Below, one piece after another: positions 31,242-40,496 of a stretch of DNA of 64,000 nt (its first letter is position 1; the number at the start of each line of letters is the position of its first letter). A program made the position numbers and the translations under genes. A model generated the notes under the pieces. That model saw only the letters and a program-made list of their open reading frames with translations. It was not told where the DNA came from and searched no databases. Location: sequence record OM718002.1, one strand, 5' to 3'.

Positions 31242-31667
31242 TCAGTTATTGGCCGTATATGACCAGCATAGATTAAACGGATGTTGCATAGGTAAGTTAA
31301 ATGTATCTAGTTCCTGACCGATCCAATTGACAGCTTTTGTAACACCTTCAACAGTTACAGTTAATTCAACATGGATATCATGTTCAGGTGCAGTCACCAC
31401 AATAGTGATTGGATCATCATGTTTAATACGGAATCCAAACTTAGGATGATGGAATCCAGTATATTCACCTTTAGTATTTTCTAGAATACATTCAAATAGA
31501 TTAGTTTCTTTATTAAGTTTAAATGTAACTAGTTTATCTGAATCTTTAAGTAAACCATTATCCCCAAATACATTGAATCGATAATGCTTATGGCAGATAC
31601 CAAGTGTTTTTGGTACATCATGGGAATTATCGATTTGCTTAGTACATTCGTTGCATTTACTATTCAT
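31242..31667 (-). CDS. Hypothetical protein with an N-terminal CxxC...C-x-x-H putative Zn site
   Basis: KCNEC...GICHKH. Confidence 0.6.
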   Translation of the reverse strand: MNSKCNECTKQIDNSHDVPKTLGICHKHYRFNVFGDNGLLKDSDKLVTFKLNKETNLFECILENTKGEYTGFHHPKFGFRIKHDDPITIVVTAPEHDIHVELTVTVEGVTKAVNWIGQELDTFNLPMQHPFNLCWSYTANN

Positions 31668-31679
31668 CTTTATTTACCT

Positions 31680-32063
31680 TTAATAGATTTGTTTATCAAA
31701 AGAACAATTGATTGGAATAGTGATAACTTCATTAGTAATTACATGTTTACCTGTCTTTTTAAAGAATTGTGCAAATTTTGAAGTAGCTGGAATTACAAGG
31801 GTATCATCCCGATCATTATTTGACATATTGTAAAAAGTAAACTTACCGTCTAGGTTAAACCTAATGCACCACTTAATATTTCGTATTTTGAAATCTATAC
31901 CAAATCTTAAATGACCATCAATCAATTCAGAACCACCGTATTCATAAGCTCCGGTGAAATTCCAATTAATTTCTGATAATTGGAAAGTTACAGGATGTTC
32001 GCCATATTCATCTTGTATGTAGTAACCATCATGAGCTTTCCAATAGATAACTAAATCATGCAT
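31680..32063 (-). CDS. Hypothetical protein
   Basis: 127 aa with GAGG RBS. Confidence 0.6.
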   Translation of the reverse strand: MHDLVIYWKAHDGYYIQDEYGEHPVTFQLSEINWNFTGAYEYGGSELIDGHLRFGIDFKIRNIKWCIRFNLDGKFTFYNMSNNDRDDTLVIPATSKFAQFFKKTGKHVITNEVITIPINCSFDKQIY

Positions 32064-32122
32064 ACTACTAGCCTCAAAGAATTAATAGGGGATTCAAACT
32101 CCCCTATTAATTTATTTTGCTT

Positions 32123-32311
32123 TTAATCATTAAGCTTAGAGATCATTTCGACATATGCATCGACAAACCTTCTGTTTACCACTACATCACCATTCCCGCA
32201 AGTAATATATCTCTTAGTGAATACGGCTACCGATCTGGCTTCACGTTCATCTCATTCGACTTGTGATAAACATTCCGGGTTACGTCGAATAATTTCACGA
32301 ATATTAGACAT
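32123..32311 (-). pseudogene. Small early gene (63 codons) interrupted by an in-frame TGA at 32252-32254
   Basis: AAGGGG RBS, MSNIREIIRRNPECLSQVE*DEREARSVAVFTKRY...SKLND*; has its own early promoter and a downstream hairpin (32083-32110). Confidence 0.6.
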
Positions 32312-32342
32312 TGGGTATTCCCCTTATCACTATTGCATCTTA

Positions 32343-32363
32343 GTGATATAAATCTGAAATTAA
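32343..32363 (-). promoter_or_regulatory. phiKZ early-type promoter motif
   Basis: TTAATTTCAGATTTATATCAC. Confidence 0.65.
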
Positions 32364-32452
32364 ATCCAGTGGAACTTTACATCCATGGTTAGTCGCCGCC
32401 ATAACAGGAAATAAAGCCCCCTACTACATAAATAGTAGGGGTAAGTTTATTA

Positions 32453-32671
32453 TTACGACTTCAACCATTCTTCTAATGGCGGTAAATACTTCTCATGCGC
32501 CCAGTTAATAATTGTTTCTACAACAGGACCCTGTAATTCAAGGTTACCTGAGATTTCATGTGGTTCATCAATAGATAGAACCCATGTATGTGGAGCAATG
32601 CGTTCAGTTGCTTTGGTTAAATACACATCAGGCATTAACGTTAAATTCAATTGATCGCCGTCAAAATCCGC
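32453..32671 (-). CDS. nvRNAP beta' N-terminal subunit (gp55-56.1), exon 3
   Basis: Begins GCG GAT TTT GAC GGC GAT = ADFDGD catalytic motif directly after the terminal intron G. Confidence 0.92.
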   Translation of the reverse strand, partial: ADFDGDQLNLTLMPDVYLTKATERIAPHTWVLSIDEPHEISGNLELQGPVVETIINWAHEKYLPPLEEWLKS

Positions 32672-33166
32672 CGTTATGTTCAGTATGGGTCGTTAATCCA
32701 TACCCGGTAGTATAATTACCACATGATAATTACCACCTGCTGCATGTCGCCATGCAGACCAGACTATATCTTCACCCTTCCTTTCGGAGTAGGGTGTCTC
32801 CCATTTCGAGTCACTTGACTCTACATCCTATTTCTAGGACCGGCGCACCTGATACCGTAATAGTCGTTGAACCTTCTCCTATTCCTAAATGGAATGTTAC
32901 GGAGCTTGGCTGCTGATTGTCCCTACCTAATCTTTTTCAAACCTTGGCTTTGTCTTTCGACTCGCAGTGGTAGATTAGTTTAACAGGATATCCCAGCAAT
33001 TAGAGAGAACTCATCCCAATGATTACTCATTGGGGGAACTAGACTTGATTAACTTAATAAGGTATTTATCAAGCGCTCCATTCTTTTTTAAATGAAGTCG
33101 GATCAAAGACGGACACTACTCCGTTTTGTTCCATTGTTTTTACCTTATTTGGTTATTTACTTGTCC
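32672..33166 (-). ncRNA. Group I intron (495 nt, no intact ORF) inserted in the NADFDGD motif
   Basis: P AAUUGCUGGGA, Q AAUCAGCAGC, R GUUCAACGACUA, S AAGAUAUAGUC; exon ends AAU and intron ends CUGAACAUAACG. Confidence 0.9.
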
Positions 33167-33274
33167 ATTAGGCGCTTTAAGGCATAATACTGACATGCTG
33201 ATTGAATTATCATTAATGTCATCTTTTACTTTAGTAATAAAGAATTGCTGAGTAGATCCACGTTGAAGAGTCGG
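33167..33274 (-). CDS. nvRNAP beta' N-terminal subunit, exon 2 (108-nt micro-exon)
   Basis: PTLQRGSTQQFFITKVKDDINDNSISMSVLCLKAPN; splicing gives HRN-PTL (bacterial NRAPTLH) and PN-ADFDGD. Confidence 0.9.
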
Positions 33275-34468
33275 CGTTGTGTTCAGATAAGTTCGTTAAG
33301 CTTATCCCGTCTATTAATAATAGACAGCTGCATGTCGCCATGCAGACCAGACTATATCTTCACCTTTGGCATTACCCAGTAAGGTGCTCCCTATTTCGAG
33401 TCACTTGACTCTACTCTACTCGGTTCACTTTCGTGCCTTTCGATAGTCGTTGAACGTTCCTATTATTTCTAATAGGCTTCGCTGCTGATTGTCTCAGTGA
33501 GATGTTCCAGCAATTAAAGGAGTTTTGTCGAGTAATATTTCTATTACAAGGAAACCATTGGTTAGGGTCACTTACGGCTCTTGGTGGCGCACCGTAGTGT
33601 TTTAAGCATTTGATAACGATTGTATTTCTCAATAGATTCATCTATCTCAGATTGGGTGAGTTTAGAAACGTATTCGAATAACCGTTCCTTATCCTCGACC
33701 TTACAGACAACTACTCCATTAAAAACTCGAAGATCGCGTTTCTTCAGGATATCTTGAATAGTACCTTTAATCAATCCTGTTTTTAATTGGAGATCAGTAA
33801 GGTTTACTGCTCGATAGAATGTACCTGTTTTAAAATCAATGCAATAAACTTCAATTGCATTCTTTCTTTGTTGCGGGTGGTATTCACCCGTTACCTCAAA
33901 AATATAACGTCCGTTATATGGTTTTTCAGTGTGTGCAAGAACTACATGTAAACCTTTCTTATGTTTCAGTTCAAGGAATTCTGCAACTTCTTTCATTGAG
34001 ATGAAGTTCCATACTTCCTTAGTTATTACATCTGTACATTTTACAGAAAGGGCATGTTTATTCGCACCTGTTATAAAAGCATGTTTGACATTACCACTAT
34101 GTGTTATCCATTCCAGATTACGATAATAGTTATTATGCTTATTCGTATCTTTATGGTTTACATCCCAATCATCAGGATTATCTGGCAATCCATTAAATGC
34201 CATACATACAAATCTATGTGGATATCTTATCTTTCTCTCGCCTTTATCGTTAATGATGTTAACAGTCAAGTATGTACCTTTAGATGATTTATTCTCATGT
34301 TGTGAGATAATATCATGGTTTAAGTTACGTACTATACCGAACTGGTTAATTTCATAACGACTAAAACCAGGTATTTTTCGCCAGTCTAATTCTTCATCCA
34401 TATTTCCTCACTGTTAGTGACATCAGGCGCCACACCCTAGTCAAATGCTTTTTTTCCTAACTAAATTA
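33275..34468 (-). mobile_element. Group I intron (1194 nt) carrying an HNH homing endonuclease in its P1 loop
   Basis: Full P/Q/R/S core at about 33320-33520; guide GUUUC pairs with exon end GAAAU; intron ends CUGAACACAACG. Confidence 0.92.
33568..34401 (-). CDS. Intron-encoded HNH homing endonuclease (NUMOD4-HNH, I-HmuI-like)
   Basis: WRKIPGFSRYEINQFG (NUMOD4), HRFV...VNHKDTNKHNN...NLEW (HNH), two C-terminal helix-turn-helix-like repeats. Confidence 0.92.
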   Translation of the reverse strand: MDEELDWRKIPGFSRYEINQFGIVRNLNHDIISQHENKSSKGTYLTVNIINDKGERKIRYPHRFVCMAFNGLPDNPDDWDVNHKDTNKHNNYYRNLEWITHSGNVKHAFITGANKHALSVKCTDVITKEVWNFISMKEVAEFLELKHKKGLHVVLAHTEKPYNGRYIFEVTGEYHPQQRKNAIEVYCIDFKTGTFYRAVNLTDLQLKTGLIKGTIQDILKKRDLRVFNGVVVCKVEDKERLFEYVSKLTQSEIDESIEKYNRYQMLKTLRCATKSRK

Positions 34469-35605
34469 ATTTCGGTGAAAAGTACAACCCATCCCTTTAT
34501 AAGGGGCTGCTTCTGCAATTAGCTCTTTAAATAGATCTGCAATGATTTGGTTATATTGAAGTACATTCTCATATACAAATGAGAATGCTTCACGAGTTGT
34601 CATGTTAAACTTTGCTTTTAGTTTATTGGTTAGATGATACTTTAATAATTGACAACCTACTCCCCACGGAATATGTAATTCATCATAATCATGCGGATCA
34701 CTAATAGAAGTGATTACTGCACGTGCCGTAGCGTTGAGACGAGCACCAAACATGTGACGCCGAGCAAGACCAGGCTTTTGAGCAATTCGTGATTTTGCGT
34801 AGATCTCGTAGAACTGGCCATATAGTCTTAGTCCTCGCATAGTCCTATTCTGAGCTTTAATTGGACTAAGTGGTACAGATGATGCATCAATACTAGCGAA
34901 GGTTAAGGTAGCATCAATTGCTGCTTCAATTGGTTTATCTAAGTAAGTACCAGATGTGGTTGATTCTGCTACGAAACAGAGTTTAGAAGGAACTGGTAAA
35001 TATTTAGGGAATAACTTATCTTTATTCTGAGCAACGAATTGAGCGAATTCGGATTTATTATTAGAAATAATATTTGCATCTAGTAGGAATTGGAAGATCT
35101 CATTGAAATTATCAATGAAGTGATTTAATCCTCTTTCAAATCCTCGATGCAGTAGCCTATCTACTTTTCTGCGTGTTTCTTTAGAACCAATAGATTCCAC
35201 ATCGTATCGATAAGAAGTATCAGTTAGATATGCTAAGAAATCGAATTCTTTAGTTACTAGATATCCGGTTAGCATAATGATTAAACGTGGGTTAATTAGA
35301 CTACGTACATGTTTTGGTGTACGAACCCACATTGATGGTTCGATAGGGCGGCTAGAAGTATTGACAACTGGAGTATTACAAATATCACAGATTACTCCGA
35401 GTTTATGTGCGTCTTCGATTGCTCGACAATCACAACTTACGCTACTTTCAATTGCTTCTGAATCTTGGAAATGAGAATAGAAATGCCTATCAAATTCTTC
35501 TTTCTCATCTGAGTTACTCGTATTGTAATCATTGGCATAAATACGTTTACCCGTAAATTGATCATGTACTTCATCATGATCAACAACTTTGGCATAAAGA
35601 CCCAT
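34469..35605 (-). CDS. nvRNAP beta' N-terminal subunit (gp55), exon 1
   Basis: CDC...CDIC Zn finger, KPGLARRHMFGARL, RAVI; ends FHRN; spliced product is 487 aa. Confidence 0.9.
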
Positions 35606-35630
35606 ACCAAACTCCTATTTATCGATTAAC

Positions 35631-35673
35631 AAAAAAAGGAGATATAAGCGGCCCCCGAAGGAGCCGCTATATC
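35631..35673 (-). terminator. Strong intrinsic terminator after the chmA 3' element
   Basis: GATATAGCGGCTCC-TTCG-GGGGCCGCTTATATC followed by TCCTTTTTTT. Confidence 0.9.
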
Positions 35674-35998
35674 AGTTTTTACAATGGACCACCAACGGAG
35701 CCTGGCCCGAGCCTAGCGTCATCTACAAAGCTTAACCTCCGCTCTTCTTTGTAGCATACCGGCACTAGTCTCATTTACCATCCATTGTAGTTTTTGATCA
35801 CACGTTACCTTTTGAGTAACTCCTTTCGGTTAAGTGATCTATCATCCTCGTGTAGTGATAGGTCGACCTAGACTAAGTCCACTAGTCGATTACTTCACGG
35901 AACCTACTCCTAACCGTTATCACCGAAGTGAACCAGGGTCGCAGTATTAGAATCGGGATGTTACTTATTTAACATCCCTATCTACCGAGGTATTTCCT
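35674..35998 (-). ncRNA. Candidate structured RNA in the chmA 3' region
   Basis: At least seven helices and two putative pseudoknots found by inspection; no ORF or RBS; GC-richer than the flanking intergenic DNA. Confidence 0.65.
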
Positions 35999-35999
35999 A

Positions 36000-37880
36000 T
36001 TAGTACCAGGTACCCGGTGCATTATAGGAAGGAGCGCCGTAAGTTTGACCCATGCTGCCAGCCATGCCAACTTGTGCACTACCAGAAACAGCCATGTTAC
36101 CCATACCGGTGTAACCAGCGAAGCGCTGTTGACCGAAGTTGGTAATTAGGTTTTCCATGGTTACAGTTACACCAGCTGCTGCTGCTGCGGCATCCATTGC
36201 GGTGATGAATTTCGGGTTAAAGGTTAGACGACGAGCACGACCAGTATAGGTAACGTTACCTAGGTACATCTTGTCGAAGCCTTTACTGTTATTCATACGA
36301 CGCACAATGTGGTCATTACCTACTTGAGTAGCATACCAGGTCTTCCACTCTTGATCGTTACCTTCAGACATGTTCATGGCACCTAGAACGTCAAGATCAC
36401 GACGGTCACTTAGTTCGCCATGCTCATCAGTGTAGTGACCGAGGTCTACTTCATGATGGTTGTCAAAGATGATCGGACCAGCTTCAGCTAGGTTATAGAA
36501 CTGACGGAAATCAGTGCCATATAGGTTAGTTAGAGCTTGGAAGATCAGGCTAACTGCACGAGCTTGGTTTACGCCACCAGCTGCATCTAGGACTACTTGC
36601 TCAAGAGCAGAGTTGTCACCCATCGGATCGATATCGATCTGGAATGCAGGGTTCTGGTTAACCATCTTGTTCATTAGCATTACGAAGTTGCTGTCGTCTG
36701 CCATGAATGCTTCGGTGCGAGTTTCAATCGCTTTACCTAGCTCTGAGTAATAACCAAGTGCACCAATATCACGCATCTTGCTGGTAGCGATCTTCGGCAT
36801 TAGGGTACGAGCCCATGCCTGGGATGCAGTTGCACGATACGCATTACCAAGTGCGAACAGCCACATTTCTAGAGTCCATGCTTGGATCCAGGAAGCCTTA
36901 CGAACGTCAGTGATAACGATGTAAGGAGTGAACTGCGGAGGTAGAACTGCACCAGGTAGAGTTACGCCGAACATACCTTGTTGCTGGCCAGTGGTCGGAG
37001 TCCAATGTAGGTCTACGAATAGACTAACTTGGTTTAGCTGGCTATCGGTATCATAGAACTCGTTCTCAGGTACGTTGGTTTTCTTACCACGGCTAGTGGA
37101 GATAACCAGGTCAGAACGAATCGGATTACCGCAGCTATCTTTAACCGGAATACCATTGTAGTCTAGGTTGCAGGTAAGCTGTTCGTTTTCTGCTTTGATG
37201 TGGGTCGCAATAGAGAACGGAGTCTCATTGTTACGACGTGCGATAGCATCTTCACAGATATTAACAGATTCAACTAGTAGGTTCTTAACAGCTAGTTCAT
37301 CTTTGAAGTCGAAGTCAGCATACACTGCACGGGGACCGGCAGATAGTACTTCTAGACCAGGGATGTTGTAACGGTTCCGTAGGAATTCGCCGATCTTGCT
37401 CCAGTATTGAGCAGTGAATACATCACGCGGTAGTACCTTCTCTTCAATGATGTCATCAGTTAGACCATTGTTGATCTTGTGGGTACGGGGACGGATGCGA
37501 GTACCAGGTAGGTTATCGAGTACTAGAGTACGAACGAATGCCTTCATGGAACCATTGATATCTTTAGCTAGTTTAACAATTAGTAGACCAGCCATACCAA
37601 CTTGTTGCGCATCGCGATCGAAACGATGGATATCGAAATCATCAGGTAGGTCCTGATGGCGGATTGCTTCTTCTTTTACTTTAGTGAATACTTGTAGGGC
37701 ATCTGCTGAACGAGCATCAGAACCATCTAGCCGCCCAGAGCGACGCATTAGATGGTTAATGCCAGTAGTTGACCCAGGTGCGCCAGCAGGACGTTGAGCT
37801 TGACGCTGTGCAGTGGGTTGCGGAGCCGGAGTGGTAGCTTGAGTTTGAACGGTGCCGATTTCGTTTTCGTTAACAGCCAT
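36000..37880 (-). CDS. chmA: Phage nuclear shell protein chimallin (gp54)
   Basis: 626 aa with a disordered Q/A/P N-terminus, optimised codons and a C-terminal FGQQRFAG motif; located between the DNA polymerase and gp55. Confidence 0.92.
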   Translation of the reverse strand: MAVNENEIGTVQTQATTPAPQPTAQRQAQRPAGAPGSTTGINHLMRRSGRLDGSDARSADALQVFTKVKEEAIRHQDLPDDFDIHRFDRDAQQVGMAGLLIVKLAKDINGSMKAFVRTLVLDNLPGTRIRPRTHKINNGLTDDIIEEKVLPRDVFTAQYWSKIGEFLRNRYNIPGLEVLSAGPRAVYADFDFKDELAVKNLLVESVNICEDAIARRNNETPFSIATHIKAENEQLTCNLDYNGIPVKDSCGNPIRSDLVISTSRGKKTNVPENEFYDTDSQLNQVSLFVDLHWTPTTGQQQGMFGVTLPGAVLPPQFTPYIVITDVRKASWIQAWTLEMWLFALGNAYRATASQAWARTLMPKIATSKMRDIGALGYYSELGKAIETRTEAFMADDSNFVMLMNKMVNQNPAFQIDIDPMGDNSALEQVVLDAAGGVNQARAVSLIFQALTNLYGTDFRQFYNLAEAGPIIFDNHHEVDLGHYTDEHGELSDRRDLDVLGAMNMSEGNDQEWKTWYATQVGNDHIVRRMNNSKGFDKMYLGNVTYTGRARRLTFNPKFITAMDAAAAAAGVTVTMENLITNFGQQRFAGYTGMGNMAVSGSAQVGMAGSMGQTYGAPSYNAPGTWY

Positions 37881-37904
37881 TTTAAATACCTTTACGATTA
37901 TGGT

Positions 37905-37941
37905 TTCTTGATCAAGAAGAACCTAAGTACTTAGTATACTA
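37905..37941. promoter_or_regulatory. Three adjacent perfect palindromes in the chmA leader
   Basis: TTCTTGATCAAGAA (37905-37918), CTAAGTACTTAG (37923-37934), TAGTATACTA (37932-37941). Confidence 0.5.
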
Positions 37942-37952
37942 GATTCAATTTA

Positions 37953-37976
37953 GTAATATAAATCTCAAATTTTTTT
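37953..37976 (-). promoter_or_regulatory. phiKZ early promoter of chmA
   Basis: AAAAAAATTTGAGATTTATATTAC. Confidence 0.85.
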
Positions 37977-38191
37977 CATTACAACATAGACGCTATAATC
38001 TGCTATCAGCAGATCGTAACGAACACTATGTTCACTACATATTATTACAATCTGAGTATTATTTATTTTTCATCTTACAATTTCCATATCTTCTTTTTTG
38101 AGTTTATGGGTATAAAGTTTGAATCCAGAAACTAATTTACGTCAGTCCTGTATTAAATAATAACTATCAGTATTTTTATAAAATGCAGTTA

Positions 38192-38557
38192 TCATTTACT
38201 TCGCATATACTTACGAACTGTTCCAAAAAGAGAATGATACAGTTTGTATAGTTTACTAACTGGATCAACTTTATTATTATCAGTTGTATCAAATTTAGCA
38301 ATAAATGGTGAATGTGCCGAAGCAGATGTTTCATTTACTTTAACTACACTACCAAATCGATATGCGACTAATACCTTTATTAATTCCTCATGGAGTTTAG
38401 TAGCAGTCGCTAATGGATTGGGATCATTAGGATCTATCTTAATCCTACGCTCGACATTGAAAAAGTTTACTACAATTTCTTTGCTAGTCATGTATACAGT
38501 AAGATCTTTGTTATTACCTAAATATAGTGGCGGATCTTCAACATTATTTTTAGCCAT
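38192..38557 (-). CDS. Hypothetical protein (gp53-like)
   Basis: 121 aa, AGGA RBS, early promoter upstream. Confidence 0.65.
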   Translation of the reverse strand: MAKNNVEDPPLYLGNNKDLTVYMTSKEIVVNFFNVERRIKIDPNDPNPLATATKLHEELIKVLVAYRFGSVVKVNETSASAHSPFIAKFDTTDNNKVDPVSKLYKLYHSLFGTVRKYMRSK

Positions 38558-38598
38558 TGTATATTCCTATTTGTAATTACTACTGTTGTTACCAAACT

Positions 38599-38622
38599 AT
38601 GATATAGATCTCAATTAATTTT
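38599..38622 (-). promoter_or_regulatory. phiKZ early-type promoter motif
   Basis: AAAATTAATTGAGATCTATATCAT; overlaps a + strand TATG upstream of the divergent structural gene. Confidence 0.7.
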
Positions 38623-38638
38623 TAATCGGATAATAACC

Positions 38639-39730
38639 ATGTATAATTTATTTAAGAATGCTCCGTCACGTAAATTGGGGCAGGTGGTTGATCCTAACAT
38701 CCATTATATCCGACGAATCTACGCTGAGCAAATTAGGGACGTTAAAAGTTATTATAGACGGGCACCGAAGTATGTTGAATCTAAAAACATATTAGCACAA
38801 ATGATTCGACATTTTAACGTAGAGTTACTAAGTGATGATGCTACTTTTATAAAGAACGTGGACGATCGTTCACGTGCTATTATTCGTTCATTTGGTATTA
38901 CATCATCTTTAAATAAAGGTAAGGTTCATGTAGGTGGTGTTACACTTGGTCCTCAAACTGAAGAAGTTCTAGTATCCACATCAGAGAGCTTTGATCTAAA
39001 AGATCTAAATAAAACATGGTATAAACTTTCCCCTGTTACGTATCTGTATCATACACGTACTGATACTAATTTACCTATCATGAACAATACCACACAGGGT
39101 AGAGGCTATGGTGTAACTCTAGTAAATATACCAATGCTTCTTGTGATGTACCGTTACTGGTATCGATGGCAAGTTGAGAAGAATCCTGATGAAGTAGAAG
39201 ACACTTATAGGTTTATAGGATCATTTGTATTGCCAAATATGGTTGACTCTTATTTAGATATTTCTTTCTTTAATAGGTTAGCAAGGAATGCTTTAGATAT
39301 TAAAAATCCAACATTCCCTATACCGCATCCATTTTACATCACTGATATGAATCCACGTATTGATAAACTATGTACAACTATCAATAGAGAATCCATATTA
39401 AAAGGTGTAGACATGGAAGGTTTATCATGGATAACACCAGCTATCGTACAATCTAATTTGTTCGATATGATGCGGCTCCCACGAGAACCTATTAACAGGA
39501 ATAATGAATGGGCTTATGTATTGGCTCGCACACCCTTCATTAAGTATCTTGTAGGGCAGCTTTTAAAGAATACTGGTTATGATCAATCTTCTGTTAACAC
39601 TGTATTAATTGATCTTATAGAAGCATCTAATGATCAAGCATTTAAGCAACAAGCAAATAGTGAGTTTGTAAAAGCTCAACAGGCACAAGTTGATTGGATG
39701 ATAGATGCACTTAAAAGAAAAGAAATGTGA
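38639..39730 (+). CDS. Conserved virion structural protein (gp52-like)
   Basis: 363 aa on the opposite strand between chmA and the DNA polymerase, as in the Chimalliviridae core block. Confidence 0.7.
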   Translation: MYNLFKNAPSRKLGQVVDPNIHYIRRIYAEQIRDVKSYYRRAPKYVESKNILAQMIRHFNVELLSDDATFIKNVDDRSRAIIRSFGITSSLNKGKVHVGGVTLGPQTEEVLVSTSESFDLKDLNKTWYKLSPVTYLYHTRTDTNLPIMNNTTQGRGYGVTLVNIPMLLVMYRYWYRWQVEKNPDEVEDTYRFIGSFVLPNMVDSYLDISFFNRLARNALDIKNPTFPIPHPFYITDMNPRIDKLCTTINRESILKGVDMEGLSWITPAIVQSNLFDMMRLPREPINRNNEWAYVLARTPFIKYLVGQLLKNTGYDQSSVNTVLIDLIEASNDQAFKQQANSEFVKAQQAQVDWMIDALKRKEM

Positions 39731-39773
39731 CATAAACCCCCTCCTAAATTGGAGGGGGTTATATGCCGTTTTA

Positions 39774-40496
39774 TTAGAAATTACCTTTCTTCATTTTAGA
39801 AAGTAATTTTCTACGTTCAGCTCGGTTAATTCCTGGGATAGCTGGTAATAGCATTTTATTACTAAACTTACCTGGCTTGCGGTCATGATTTAGTAATTGA
39901 TCAACTACAGCTTGGTCACTGCTTTTAACTCCATTATCCATTTCATCTAATGGGTCCATAATAGCTTTAGCAGTCAATCTTAGATGAGTAACTAGTTCAT
40001 CAAATGAACTATCGGTATTAATAAGTTGTTTATCAACACCTTCTTTAAGAGCTTGTTTAATAGTTACGTCTTTTACCAGGATATTATCACATTCCCAAAG
40101 AGTTGTATGATGGGTATTTAGCATTAATTCAAGTGAGACATTATTGTAATCGTTGTCAGCACTTGAGTGCCAATTGAATTCATCAATATAGTCATTTAGA
40201 CTCATTAACTTTGGTGGTTCGTTACTAGAGGTAATTAAACCAATTGGTTGAACATCATCTAGTGAACTTTTATCACTAGTAATTGCAGTTGTTTCAGTAG
40301 TAACATCAACTTCTTTTAATTCGTTGGTATAAGTTACATATACTAATTCTTCACTACCGTCATCCAAAAGAACATAGGCTGTTGCTTTGGTGGAATCATC
40401 AGGTGCTAATCCATGGATCCTAATACGATTATCATTTACTAATTTACTATAATCATTCCAGGTAATTACGCGGACTTCTTTATTCTCTTTCATCAT
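39774..40496 (-). CDS. Hypothetical protein
   Basis: 240 aa with GAGG RBS and an NRAERR motif at the C-terminus. Confidence 0.65.
   Translation of the reverse strand: MMKENKEVRVITWNDYSKLVNDNRIRIHGLAPDDSTKATAYVLLDDGSEELVYVTYTNELKEVDVTTETTAITSDKSSLDDVQPIGLITSSNEPPKLMSLNDYIDEFNWHSSADNDYNNVSLELMLNTHHTTLWECDNILVKDVTIKQALKEGVDKQLINTDSSFDELVTHLRLTAKAIMDPLDEMDNGVKSSDQAVVDQLLNHDRKPGKFSNKMLLPAIPGINRAERRKLLSKMKKGNF

Noticed and set aside
32252-32254. Possible stop-codon reassignment (alternative genetic code)
   Set aside because: Only one in-frame TGA was found; all long conserved genes are intact under the standard bacterial code and TGA is used as a normal stop.
32453-32650. 65-aa stand-alone ORF
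   Set aside because: It is part of exon 3 of the spliced nvRNAP subunit.
33411-33641. 76-aa ORF overlapping the HNH end
   Set aside because: It runs through the intron catalytic core (P and Q elements), so the sequence is constrained as RNA.
35674-35998. Hammerhead ribozyme, tRNA or fourth group I intron as the identity of the chmA 3' element
   Set aside because: No CUGAUGA/GAAA core arrangement, no cloverleaf with a T-loop, and none of the P/Q/R/S elements seen in the three real introns.
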